NCBI GenBank assembly: GCA_028286685.1
Contig: JAQBRA010000006.1
Coordinates: forward strand, 1,993 to 65,992
DNA: 64,000 nt
Source: Candidatus Adlerbacteria bacterium
GTDB taxonomy: Bacteria > Patescibacteriota > Minisyncoccia > Phycocordibacterales > SBAW01
Reading direction: 5' to 3'
In this document: positions 1 to 8,789 of the stretch, piece after piece
Layout: the number at the start of each line of letters is the position of its first letter
Numbering within the stretch: the stretch's first letter is position 1
The notes under the pieces: generated by a model
Told to the model about the DNA's origin: nothing
Database searches by the model: none
Seen by the model: only the letters and a program-made list of their open reading frames with translations
Program-made: the position numbers and the translations under genes

Positions 1-294
1 TGGGAGGCATACAGCGCAGACGACACGCTCCTTTTTACCGCCAAGGAAAAAAGCCCCGTAATTGCTATCGTGCGGCGTGTACTGCAATTTGTCCCCGTAG
101 TGGGAGATATTGCGCCCTTTGTGCCGATAAACTTTGTGTTTGAGAAGGAGGGCCAGGTTCTAGGTGCGCACCACCGCGTCTGGGGGAATTTTAGGGACAC
201 ATACCTGCTGGAAGCCCACGAAGGGCTTGCGGCATGCGACCGCCGCATCCTGCTGGCGCTCGGCATACTTCTTGACGCCCTGCAGGATCGCTAG
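1..294 (+). CDS. 3' end of a CDS that starts upstream of the window; hypothetical protein
   Basis: Frame of ORF 70..294 stays open back to base 1 (WEAYSADDTLLFTAKEKSPV...). Stop at 292-294 is followed by a hairpin terminator. Confidence 0.35.
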   Translation, partial: WEAYSADDTLLFTAKEKSPVIAIVRRVLQFVPVVGDIAPFVPINFVFEKEGQVLGAHHRVWGNFRDTYLLEAHEGLAACDRRILLALGILLDALQDR

Positions 295-315
295 CCATTT
301 TTTGGATATAAAAAA

Positions 316-350
316 CCGTGCGGGAAATTTCCCGCACGGCTTGTTTGTTT
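316..350. terminator. bidirectional rho-independent terminator between convergent genes
   Basis: Hairpin ccgtgcggg-aaattt-cccgcacgg followed by cttgtttgttt on the + strand; the upstream + strand is A-rich (T-run on the - strand). Confidence 0.6.
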
Positions 351-361
351 ACGACTTAGCG

Positions 362-823
362 CTACCTTCTCTTGCTGCTGATGCGCCTTATCCCGACCTT
401 CTTCCTGGATTGCAGTCTGCGCGGCCTCTTGGCGACTTTCGCCTCGTACATTTCAATCAGGGCCGCCATGGCCTTCTGACTGAGTTCGCCGGGAACCTTC
501 TTGGAGGTTAGCGGGATTGTCGCGTCCCGCAGTTCCAGGGCCCGTTTCAGCAGCTTGATGGTGTACTCGTAGGGGCGCTGGGTTACGCCCATACTGATAT
601 TGCTGATTGCACCCACGCACAGGCCCGTCAAAACGCTTAACTCCTTAAACGTCTTCTTCGACTCGTGAATACGTCCGCGCAAGACATCCAATTCCTTGCC
701 GTATTCTTCCGGCGGCAGACAGCGGTCCGGAAAAACAGTTTTTTTCGGCTTCGAGGCCGATTGCGCTCGGCCAACTCCCTTTTTAGGGAACGGGATTATT
801 TTTGCCGATGATTGCCTTGCCAC
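362..823 (-). CDS. hypothetical basic protein, possible HTH DNA-binding protein
   Basis: 153-aa ORF with a GTG start, Lys/Arg-rich N- and C-termini, and a central segment (LSVLTGLCVGAISNISMGVTQRPYEYTIKLLKRAL) resembling a helix-turn-helix. Confidence 0.4.
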   Translation of the reverse strand: MARQSSAKIIPFPKKGVGRAQSASKPKKTVFPDRCLPPEEYGKELDVLRGRIHESKKTFKELSVLTGLCVGAISNISMGVTQRPYEYTIKLLKRALELRDATIPLTSKKVPGELSQKAMAALIEMYEAKVAKRPRRLQSRKKVGIRRISSKRR

Positions 824-931
824 TACTCGTCTCCTTGGTGTGTTGGATCCACTTATTACAATAACATAAACAGCTTATACTGTCAATTAAACCCGGGTAT
901 TCCCTACCACCACGCATTCTTCATCGAAAAT

Positions 932-939
932 TGTATAAT
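932..939 (+). promoter_or_regulatory. extended -10-like element TGTATAAT immediately upstream of the MBL-fold gene (near-leaderless transcript)
   Basis: ttgTATAATtgaatcctATG: a TATAAT hexamer ends 8 nt before the ATG at 948. No good -35 seen. Confidence 0.3.
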
Positions 940-947
940 TGAATCCT

Positions 948-1721
948 ATGAGAACTTTGTACTGGGCCTTGGGCATTATTATTGTCGCCATGCTGGGCTT
1001 TTTTATCTGGAATTCTTATATGACACCAACAACTGCACAGGAGAAAGCAAGCCAGGTATCGCCGGTCGGCGTAGTGCCTATCGAGCACGCGACCGCCGTC
1101 TTGCGCTGGGGCGGCACCATTATCTACACCGACCCGACTGACGCGAGCCTGCTCGCGGACCAGCCGGAGGCCAACATTGTCTTGATAACCGATATCCATG
1201 GGGACCACTTCAGCACCTCCACCCTCCTGGAAGTCGTGGGGCCTGACACTGCCCTAGTCGTGCCGCAGGCCGTAGCGGACCTGCTCCCGTCCGACCTGGC
1301 CGCGCGCGCCCAGATACTCGACAACGGAGGGAGTACGACCATAGGCAGCCTGCAGATCATCGCGATACCCATGTACAACCTACCCGAGTCAGCCGACAGC
1401 CGCCACCCGAAAGGCCGCGGCAACGGCTACGTGCTTGAACAGGACGGCTACCGCGTGTATATCGCTGGCGACACGGCCGGTACCCCAGAGATGCGCGGAC
1501 TCCAAGACATCGACCTGGCGCTGGTGCCCATGAACTTGCCCTTTACCATGGGCGTCGACGAGGCGGCTGATGCGGTCTTGGACTTCAAGCCTAAAATTGT
1601 ATACCCGTATCACTACCGCGGACAAGACGGCCTGGCGGACGTCGAGCGCTTCAAAACCTTGGTCAATGCGGGCGACCCCAACATTGAGGTTATTCTCGCC
1701 AAGTGGTATCCGGAACAATAA
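948..1721 (+). CDS. MBL-fold metallo-hydrolase with N-terminal membrane anchor
   Basis: An N-terminal TM helix (LYWALGIIIVAMLGFFIW) is followed by the ITDIHGDH metal-binding motif and later His/Asp residues typical of the metallo-beta-lactamase fold. The ORF-track start at 939 is TTG; the first ATG is at 948. Confidence 0.7.
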   Translation: MRTLYWALGIIIVAMLGFFIWNSYMTPTTAQEKASQVSPVGVVPIEHATAVLRWGGTIIYTDPTDASLLADQPEANIVLITDIHGDHFSTSTLLEVVGPDTALVVPQAVADLLPSDLAARAQILDNGGSTTIGSLQIIAIPMYNLPESADSRHPKGRGNGYVLEQDGYRVYIAGDTAGTPEMRGLQDIDLALVPMNLPFTMGVDEAADAVLDFKPKIVYPYHYRGQDGLADVERFKTLVNAGDPNIEVILAKWYPEQ

Positions 1722-1735
1722 TAGAACCCAAAAGA

Positions 1736-1772
1736 AAACCGCCCGGCGCTAGCGCCGGGCGGTTTTCTTTTG
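1736..1772. terminator. bidirectional rho-independent terminator
   Basis: aaaaccgcccggcgct/agcgccgggcggtttt perfect palindrome followed by cttttg, flanked by convergent genes ending at 1721 (+) and 1835 (-). Confidence 0.65.
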
Positions 1773-1834
1773 CTCCCCACTTTGTATTTCTGCGCCCTCT
1801 CTCGGCCCGCGCAGCTTCTGCCGCAAATATCGAG

Positions 1835-2632
1835 CTAGTTTCTGCTCCAGACAATGTCCGAAGATTTCGTCGAGCTTTTATTGCCGGATGCGGCAGGAGC
1901 CGCCACTGCCTTTGAACGCACAACCGTAAAGGTGCCCTCCTCAATCTCAGACGGAGTCGCCAGAGGCACCTTGCCCTGCTTGGACACCATGGTAACGGCG
2001 CGGGCGCGGGCATCTTCTGCGGACTTGTATTTGCCGTTTACTATCGCGAATGCATTGGAGAAGGTAACCGATCCGAACTCCGAGAGCGGCGCATACAGCT
2101 GGACGCTGTCCTTGCTGAACACTTTCGGCATCTCCTGGATCCATTCGACCGAGGAATATTTGGAGCGGTACTCAAGCGCCTTTTGGAACTCCGCCCCAGT
2201 CGTGAGGTTAAAGAAGGAAAGGTGCCAGAAGCCGGGAGTGATCTCAAACAGCGAGGCGCTCACCCGGTCGCCGGCTGCAACCTTAAATGGCACGACGACC
2301 TGGTAGTCGGGCAGGAGCTCGTACCATGCCCAGTACTGGGTCTTGCCGTTCTGCACCGCGCCCTGCGTGCCTGCCTGAATAAGGTCTTTGCTTTTCGATC
2401 CGCCGATGCCCAACCAGGCGACATCGGTCATAAGGGTCGTAGTAGCGGCAAGGGCGGGCACCGTCCAGGTTGCGCCTACGCCCGTATACTTGTCGCGCGT
2501 AGCGACATAGCCGGACCAGTTGCCCGATAGTCTGCCGTTGATAGCGTCCTCGGTTGCCGCCCACGCCGGCGCCGCAGCGCCCAAGAACAGCGCGAGCGCC
2601 AGGAATAATTTAGCCGCCAAGCGAGTATGCAT
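1835..2632 (-). CDS. secreted peptidase family G1 (eqolisin / scytalidoglutamic-peptidase-like glutamic peptidase)
   Basis: Signal peptide MHTRLAAKLFLALALFLGAAAPAWA. Motifs SGNWSGYVA, WLGIGG...LIQAGT (catalytic Gln context) and VEWIQE (catalytic Glu context) match the fungal eqolisin signature. ATG at 2632; the track start at 2647 is TTG. Confidence 0.65.
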   Translation of the reverse strand: MHTRLAAKLFLALALFLGAAAPAWAATEDAINGRLSGNWSGYVATRDKYTGVGATWTVPALAATTTLMTDVAWLGIGGSKSKDLIQAGTQGAVQNGKTQYWAWYELLPDYQVVVPFKVAAGDRVSASLFEITPGFWHLSFFNLTTGAEFQKALEYRSKYSSVEWIQEMPKVFSKDSVQLYAPLSEFGSVTFSNAFAIVNGKYKSAEDARARAVTMVSKQGKVPLATPSEIEEGTFTVVRSKAVAAPAASGNKSSTKSSDIVWSRN

Positions 2633-2677
2633 GGCTCCAGTATACAACCGCCAGAACGCGGGCGTAATAGCGGGCGG

Positions 2678-2908
2678 CTAGCGGGCCATTTTGCCGCCGC
2701 GAGCCTTGTTGTTTTCCTGGGCGCCGGACTTGCCACGGAAGCGGCCTCCCCTGCCGCGCAGCTTGGCGGCGATTTTTGAGAGCAGCGCCACTTCGGTTTT
2801 ATGGTTTTGCCTGACTGTCTGTCCAATATCAGATTCTTCGCTCCGGTAATCCTTGTAATACATGTATGAGCCTTCGTTATCTTTATCTTTTTTATCAGGC
2901 ATAGGCAA
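2678..2908 (-). CDS. small basic hypothetical protein
   Basis: 76-aa ORF with a Lys/Asp-rich N-terminus and an Arg/Gly-rich C-terminus; no recognisable domain. Confidence 0.3.
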   Translation of the reverse strand: MPMPDKKDKDNEGSYMYYKDYRSEESDIGQTVRQNHKTEVALLSKIAAKLRGRGGRFRGKSGAQENNKARGGKMAR

Positions 2909-3054
2909 AGTCTACCCACGCCCCCTGAAATACCGGTGAGAGCCGCGCCGCCGACTCACCCGCGCTTCAGGCCAAAGGTTTTAAATAGAAAGGTACGACA
3001 GCGATCGATTACCAAATAATCTTACTTACTTTAGTCCGTTAAATTAATACCTCT

Positions 3055-4611
3055 ATGAAATCAGCATTATTCACTGCTCACAAAAAAGCAGCCATTTCCT
3101 TGTTTTTGGCCGCCGCGAGCGCAGCGATTCTTCTTGTGGCTCTTCCGGCGCTCGCCGACAGCTCGGCAAATAGCAACTTCGAAAACCCGCCCTACGTGCC
3201 GGGGAATATAAACGGCCAGGACGGCTGGAGCAAAACAGGCGCGTACGATGCTGCGGTCACCAGTTCCTTTGGCGTGCCCGACTTCGGCAACCAGAGCCTG
3301 CGCATCTCAAACGCGGTTACCTCAAGCTCGTTCGCTGACCAGACCTTCGCCAAGCCTACTGCAGACGGCGCGGGCGAAGCCGACTCGACCTCGGGCGGAT
3401 TCGCAACCGGTACTCTGGCAAGCCACTTCCAGGCAGAGTTTGACCTCAGATCAGTGCAGCTCATGCAGCAGCCGGGACTCTCTATATCCGTTTCCCCCGA
3501 CCGGGGCGACGGCTCGCGCATGAGCTATCTTAGATTCGAGGACCAAGCCGACGGCATCCACGTGTTCTTCAACGATGCGCAGGGCTCGAGCACCTCTGCC
3601 GACTTTGTCGAGACCGACATAGCGACACTCAGCCGCGCCACGACGCACACCATAGGGTTCTCCATGGACTTCGTAAACGGGCCCTCCAACGATGTAGTTG
3701 AAATATATATCGACGGGGCGCTCGCCCATACCGGCACGAGCTGGGAAAACTATTACCGCTTCGATCCGGAGTCAGCTGCAGAGCAAAGCCCCCGCATCGT
3801 AAAGACCCTGCTCTTTAGAGCGGCGGGCACTGCTGCGACCTCAACGCAGGGCTTGGGCTACCTTATCGACAACCTGGAGATGCTCGCCTCAGGCTCAGCC
3901 CAGGGCGGTGGGAATGGGGACGTAACGGTAACCATAAGCAAATATATTGACGGCACTATGGCAACCTCCGGCAGCGCGCAGTCCCTGGCCTTCCCCATGA
4001 ACGCGAGCTGGAACGCGCAGAACATCGGCTCAAGCTCGGGGAGCTTCACGCTCTCGCCGCAGGGCTCCAATAGCCCGAACGCATACCAGGCTATCACTGC
4101 GGACATGACCTCGGGCGCGTCGTATTCGGTCGCCGAGGACACGAGCGGCGCCAATGTCGCCCAGAACTGCAGCGCAGGCAAGCCTTACTCGCTCGTCGGC
4201 TACACCACAGGTACCAGCTCGGCTGCCGCAGCGGCTGCAACGCCCAGCCTCACGCCGCCCAGCTTCTCCAACCTGACCGGAGACCAGTATGTCATCGTAT
4301 GGAACCATGCCTGCACCGACACCGGCACTACGACGCCGCCAACCACCGGCAACCCTAACGGCGCCTCCGTCGACCAGAACGGCTCGACCGTGCGCGCGGG
4401 CGGGCACCTGGACTTCGTAGGACGCAACTTCGGCCACGAGCAGGACGTTGCCATCTCGCTTGGCGGCTCCGTGATACGCACGGTGCATGCCGACGGCGGA
4501 GGCAACTTCTCTACCGGCTCGATGACCGCGCCCGCAACGCCGGGCACGTACCAGTACGAGTTTAAGGACTCGGGACATACGGTCATCGCCACCATTACGG
4601 TAGTGCCATAA
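3055..4611 (+). CDS. secreted hypothetical protein (beta-rich lectin/Ig-like domains)
   Basis: ATG preceded by an AT-rich leader. Signal peptide (LFLAAASAAILLVALPALA), a long Ser/Thr/Gly/Asn-rich beta-type sequence, a Thr/Pro-rich linker (TTPPTTGNP) and no C-terminal anchor. Confidence 0.6.
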   Translation: MKSALFTAHKKAAISLFLAAASAAILLVALPALADSSANSNFENPPYVPGNINGQDGWSKTGAYDAAVTSSFGVPDFGNQSLRISNAVTSSSFADQTFAKPTADGAGEADSTSGGFATGTLASHFQAEFDLRSVQLMQQPGLSISVSPDRGDGSRMSYLRFEDQADGIHVFFNDAQGSSTSADFVETDIATLSRATTHTIGFSMDFVNGPSNDVVEIYIDGALAHTGTSWENYYRFDPESAAEQSPRIVKTLLFRAAGTAATSTQGLGYLIDNLEMLASGSAQGGGNGDVTVTISKYIDGTMATSGSAQSLAFPMNASWNAQNIGSSSGSFTLSPQGSNSPNAYQAITADMTSGASYSVAEDTSGANVAQNCSAGKPYSLVGYTTGTSSAAAAAATPSLTPPSFSNLTGDQYVIVWNHACTDTGTTTPPTTGNPNGASVDQNGSTVRAGGHLDFVGRNFGHEQDVAISLGGSVIRTVHADGGGNFSTGSMTAPATPGTYQYEFKDSGHTVIATITVVP

Positions 4612-4641
4612 AAATAAAACTGGCACCACAGGCAACACATA

Positions 4642-4680
4642 GCAAATCGCCCGGCATGAGCCGGGCGATTTGCTATACTA
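4642..4680 (+). terminator. hairpin terminator after the secreted-protein gene
   Basis: 14-bp stem gcaaatcgcccggc / gccgggcgatttgc with loop atga; the downstream T-tract is weak (tatactaatgg...ttttattc). Confidence 0.45.
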
Positions 4681-4715
4681 ATGGTGGAATTTTATTCGCT
4701 CACTCCTTTTAACCT

Positions 4716-4946
4716 ATGGATATAGCCCTCATGGTCCTGGGACTCTTCGCACTCGGCATACTGCTTATGTGGGCATACGCGTGGCTTAATGATGCCAAGC
4801 AGATATACGACGAAGAGGCGCAGGATGTGCGCGCGAAAACGCCGGAGGAGCGCGAACGCTCGCAGTTTGAAGTGCAAGAGGTCACTCGCGAGCAGAACAA
4901 GGCCGACATAGAGTTTTATTCCCGGGGAGAGGACGCCGACCAGTAG
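4716..4946 (+). CDS. small membrane protein (hypothetical)
   Basis: 76 aa with an N-terminal TM helix (IALMVLGLFALGILLMWAYAWL) and an acidic, charged C-terminus. Confidence 0.35.
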   Translation: MDIALMVLGLFALGILLMWAYAWLNDAKQIYDEEAQDVRAKTPEERERSQFEVQEVTREQNKADIEFYSRGEDADQ

Positions 4947-5240
4947 GCCCGCCTTCATTTTAGTATCAGGCGCTCCCTGCATACTGGACTCATGCAAACA
5001 GAACGAGAAATAATCCTCACGTGCCAGGAGTGCGGACACCAGGAGACGGACTCCGACCAGAAACTGCTCATGCTCAAGGTAAGGATGTATAACCACATCA
5101 ATCATGCGCATCCGGTGCTGGCCGAGCGATTTAAGGAAGTTGTCGAAGAGCACTCCACCTTGGTGTACTAGTTCCACGCAGACTGGCGTCCGGAAAACTA
5201 AACCCTCAGATCCTGGTTGTATTTACAAAGCCCATTTGGT

Positions 5241-7328
5241 ATGGTGGCGGTGACTATGCCCCCTCTCTTTTCTGGCCATCCGACCGCTACGTACGCCCTG
5301 CGCTTCGGGCTGCTTACGCTTATATATGGCACTGCCGTTTGGATAAGCCTTTGGCTCGTACCTGCAACAGGCGGCGCCTCCCTAGTGTGGCCGGTAGCGG
5401 CCGTAGGCCTCGCGGGACTCCTGTTTTGGGGCATCAACCTGTGGCCGGCGCTCACCCTATCCTTTTTCCTGGTAGTGGCGGCCGGCGGCGTGGACCCGTC
5501 GGCAGCGGTAGGCGTGGCGCTCGGTAATACGCTCGAGGCCGTGCTCGGCGCCCACTTGCTCATATGGCTCGGCTTCCACCCGCTCATGAGCCGCTTGCGC
5601 GACGCCTTGGGCCTTATCCTGGCCGCCTTTACTTCCACCTTCGTATCGGCGACCGTCATCGCCGCCAGTACGGCGCTTTTTATAACGCATTCCTTCAGCG
5701 CCGACCTTTGGACCAGCCTCTGGATAGGCCACAGCGTATCGCTCCTGTCCTTCGGAGCATTTGCCCTGCGCTGGGGCTACCGGCCGTTTTTTGCCAAGAG
5801 CCAGCAAGAACTGTTTGAGGGCCTAGCGCTCTTCGGACTCGTCGGCTTCGTGTCGTACTTGGCAGCATGGACCGAGTTTGACTCGCTGGGGCCCGTGTCG
5901 CTTGTCTATGTCCTCGTGTTCCTCCTCATTTGGGCGAGCCTGCGCGCGGGCCCGCGCGGCACCACGCTGGCCTTGCTCATAATGACGCTCATTTCCACGA
6001 CAGCGCTCCTGTTCGGGCCCGATGCCTCGCTTGAGCGCGCCGGATCCCTGCTATTTGGCATGCAGGTCCTGATAGGCACGCTGTCCATCATCTTCCTGCT
6101 CTTTACGTCCATTACCGAAGAGCGCAAAGAGGCGGTTATAGCGCTTGGCGCCCAGGTGGGCAAGCTTGAGGATGCCCTCCTGAAGATATCGTCGGAAGAT
6201 GCCGCCAAGAGCGAATTTATCGCCATACTCGCGCACGAGCTGCGCAACCCGCTTTCTCCCGTACTATCGGGCCTCGAAATCCTCAAAGCGAAAGAGTCGG
6301 GACCCAAGGAAGTGCTCCACATGATGGGCGCGCACCTCCATACTCTGGCCCGGCTGCTCGATGACCTCCTGGACATTACGCGCATCTCGCAGAAAAAATT
6401 CAAGCTCGAGCGCGAAGTGACGACGCTGCAGCATATTATCGAGCGCTCTTTGGAGATGGCGGGCCCCTACATGGCCGAGCGCAATCACACCTTTACCAAA
6501 GAGATGCCTTCGCAAGATATCCTCATGGACGCCGATCCGGTGCGGCTTACCCAGGCGGTGGTCAACCTCCTTAACAATGCGGCAAAATATACGCCGCCGG
6601 GCGGCACCATAAGCCTGGGCTTAGTGAAGGAAGGGCGCCAGGCGGTTATCCGCGTGCGCGACAACGGGCAAGGCATCGCGATCGAGCGCCTGCGGAAGGT
6701 ATTCGAGCCGTTTGCGGGCGGCGCACAGCGCTCGAAGGGCCCGGGCGGGCTCCACATAGGGCTTTCTTTGGTGCGGCGCATGGTAGAGCTCCATGCCGGA
6801 ACGGTTGTGGTGAAGAGCGGCGGCGTCGGCCAGGGAAGCGAGTTTACGATCCGCCTCCCCTTGCCTGCCGCGCCCCTGGAGAAAGCCCCCGAGCCCATAG
6901 CGCCTAAAAAAGAAACGCGCGGCCGATTTTCCAAAGAGGCTATGGAGCACGCACGCGCGGCCGGACCGGTCGCCGTCTTAGTGGTTGACGATAACGAGGC
7001 TGCAGCCCAGATGCTCTGCACCCTGCTTGAGCACAATGGCCACACCGTTTCCTTGGCGCACACCGGCCTTTCGGCGCTTGACGTAGCGCGCCAAACGCAG
7101 CCGCAGGTGGCCCTCCTCGACATCGGACTCCCTGACATAGATGGCTACGAGGTTGGCAAGCGGCTGCGCGCAGAGCTCGGTGCCCAAGTAGCCCTGGTCG
7201 CGCTTACCGGCTACGGCCAGCCGGAAGACCGCGAGCGCGCACGCCAGGCGGGCTTTGACGACCATCTGGTAAAGCCGGTTTCTATCGTCGACGTCGAGCG
7301 CATTCTGGCGCAGCTCCGCCGCGCCTAG
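5241..7328 (+). CDS. hybrid sensor histidine kinase (multi-TM sensor, HisKA, HATPase_c, C-terminal receiver domain)
   Basis: About 300 aa of polytopic membrane domain, the H-box IAILAHELRNPLSPV, N/G boxes (NLLNNAAKYTPPGG, DNGQGI, GLGLSLV) and a C-terminal REC domain (VLVVDDNEAAAQM...LLDIGLPDIDGYEV...VALTGY). The ORF-track start at 5217 is TTG; ATGs lie at 5241 and 5256. Confidence 0.8.
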   Translation: MVAVTMPPLFSGHPTATYALRFGLLTLIYGTAVWISLWLVPATGGASLVWPVAAVGLAGLLFWGINLWPALTLSFFLVVAAGGVDPSAAVGVALGNTLEAVLGAHLLIWLGFHPLMSRLRDALGLILAAFTSTFVSATVIAASTALFITHSFSADLWTSLWIGHSVSLLSFGAFALRWGYRPFFAKSQQELFEGLALFGLVGFVSYLAAWTEFDSLGPVSLVYVLVFLLIWASLRAGPRGTTLALLIMTLISTTALLFGPDASLERAGSLLFGMQVLIGTLSIIFLLFTSITEERKEAVIALGAQVGKLEDALLKISSEDAAKSEFIAILAHELRNPLSPVLSGLEILKAKESGPKEVLHMMGAHLHTLARLLDDLLDITRISQKKFKLEREVTTLQHIIERSLEMAGPYMAERNHTFTKEMPSQDILMDADPVRLTQAVVNLLNNAAKYTPPGGTISLGLVKEGRQAVIRVRDNGQGIAIERLRKVFEPFAGGAQRSKGPGGLHIGLSLVRRMVELHAGTVVVKSGGVGQGSEFTIRLPLPAAPLEKAPEPIAPKKETRGRFSKEAMEHARAAGPVAVLVVDDNEAAAQMLCTLLEHNGHTVSLAHTGLSALDVARQTQPQVALLDIGLPDIDGYEVGKRLRAELGAQVALVALTGYGQPEDRERARQAGFDDHLVKPVSIVDVERILAQLRRA

Positions 7329-7337
7329 CCGCAGCCG

Positions 7338-7937
7338 CTAGCGCAGCTCCGCATACACCACCAGCCGGCGGTCGTATTCTTTCTTATCCTTGATCCATGC
7401 CCCGTCGCAGGTAACCAGGTGCAGGTATGCGCCGCCTTTCTTATTAAACAGCTCATCAAGCGGGACCTCGGCCGCCGCATAGGACTCAACGCGTACCACT
7501 ACGAACCTAAGCGGCGTCGACGATGCCGTATCTACGTATATTTCATCCCCCGGCGCAAGATCGCCCAGATGCTTGAAGACGCCGTCAAGCGCCAATGCGT
7601 TGTCGACATGGCCGTCCATAACCGCGCTGCCCTCAAATCCGGGCACGGTGCCGTACTTGTACCAGCCGGCATCGGTAAAGTTGCCGGGCGTTGCCATATT
7701 GCCCGCTTCATTAATGCCCACCTGCTTTACGTGCGCATCAATACCGAGCGCGGGTATGCGCAGGCGCTCGGGCAAGTCGCCAGGTTCTGCCTGGCGTGCG
7801 GGCGCTGCGGCTGCCAGGGTGCTGGAAGCCATTTCTATATCAGGCGCATACCATACCGCACGCGCAAGCGTGGTAGCGAATACCACGCTTGCGGCTGCGG
7901 TTATGAGAGCGACGATAAGCCGCGGGCTTACGCGCAT
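7338..7937 (-). CDS. sortase family transpeptidase
   Basis: N-terminal TM anchor, catalytic His context (MDGHVD), the TLxTC-type active-site motif LHLVTCDG and a downstream Arg (RRLVV). Confidence 0.8.
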   Translation of the reverse strand: MRVSPRLIVALITAAASVVFATTLARAVWYAPDIEMASSTLAAAAPARQAEPGDLPERLRIPALGIDAHVKQVGINEAGNMATPGNFTDAGWYKYGTVPGFEGSAVMDGHVDNALALDGVFKHLGDLAPGDEIYVDTASSTPLRFVVVRVESYAAAEVPLDELFNKKGGAYLHLVTCDGAWIKDKKEYDRRLVVYAELR

Positions 7938-7943
7938 GCCAGT

Positions 7944-8192
7944 TTAGGCTTCCTTGCGGGTACGGGCCAAGTACAGGCCGCCGCCGACCAGAACTGCGGC
8001 TGACAAGCCCAAGACGGCTATCGTAGCTGCAGCTTCGCCGCCCTGCCCGGTGGACGGTACGCCCGGAGTGGCCTGAGTAGTAGCATCGGTGGTGGTCTGC
8101 GCGTAGGTCAGCGGCGCCGCAAGCGCCAAAAGCGTTCCCACCATAAGCCCTACTGCGCCGCCCGCTATCCGCTTCGTTAAGGCTAGAGTCAT
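7944..8192 (-). CDS. 82-aa secreted peptide with C-terminal sortase-type sorting signal (VPSTG + TM + RTRKEA)
   Basis: Signal peptide MTLALTKRIAGGAVGLMVGTLLALAAPLTYA, a roughly 17-aa Thr-rich mature segment, VPSTG, a hydrophobic stretch IAVLGLSAAVLVGGGLYLA and a basic tail RTRKEA. The gene ends 7 nt upstream of the sortase start on the same strand. Confidence 0.5.
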   Translation of the reverse strand: MTLALTKRIAGGAVGLMVGTLLALAAPLTYAQTTTDATTQATPGVPSTGQGGEAAATIAVLGLSAAVLVGGGLYLARTRKEA

Positions 8193-8255
8193 AAAGAAAT
8201 TAGATTATGCGTCTAATCGATTCACCCACCCAAGCGTTTAGGTTTGCCGGCGGGA

Positions 8256-8789
8256 CTACTTGTCAGTATGCGGGCGGGCGCTGAAATAGGAATGAACGGC
8301 AGCATATGCCACTGCGGCGCTCGCAACACCCAACAAGAGACCTGCCACAACATCAAGAGGATAATGGAAGCCGATCAGCACGCGCGCGAGGCCCACCAGG
8401 GCGGCACACAGCAGCAAAAAAGCCGAGAGCCACCGATTAAAGAAAAAAGCTAGTGCAGCCAAGGCGCCGAGCGCAGCCGCATGGTCAGACGGAAAAGAAT
8501 TATCAACCTCGTGCGGCACGAGCGGCTCGTAGCCGTACGCCGCAAAAGGCTGCTCATGGCTAAAGAAGAGCCCCGCTAATCGCGCCACAGCATAGGCGAG
8601 CGGGAGTGCGACCAGAGCGGCCAGCGCAAGTTCAACTTTAACGGCGCGCGGGGCCCACAGCCAATACGCGGCACAGGCAAGCAGGGCCGCCGCAGGCAAG
8701 TATTGGGCGCAGAAGATAACAAGGATTTCGTACATAGGGAAACTATACCACCACCGCAAAGCGGCTTTTGCTATACTGCCGCTATGCAT
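8256..8789 (-). CDS. PAP2 family phosphatase (phosphatidic acid / undecaprenyl-diphosphate phosphatase-like)
   Basis: Polytopic membrane protein carrying the PAP2 signature motifs SFPSDHAA and GFHYPLDVVAG. Confidence 0.75.
   Translation of the reverse strand: MHSGSIAKAALRWWYSFPMYEILVIFCAQYLPAAALLACAAYWLWAPRAVKVELALAALVALPLAYAVARLAGLFFSHEQPFAAYGYEPLVPHEVDNSFPSDHAAALGALAALAFFFNRWLSAFLLLCAALVGLARVLIGFHYPLDVVAGLLLGVASAAVAYAAVHSYFSARPHTDK

Noticed and set aside
4992-5172. 59-aa ORF (MQTEREIILTCQECGHQETDSDQ...) suggesting a small zinc-binding protein
   Set aside because: It has only two Cys plus His residues and no SD sequence; too weak to call.
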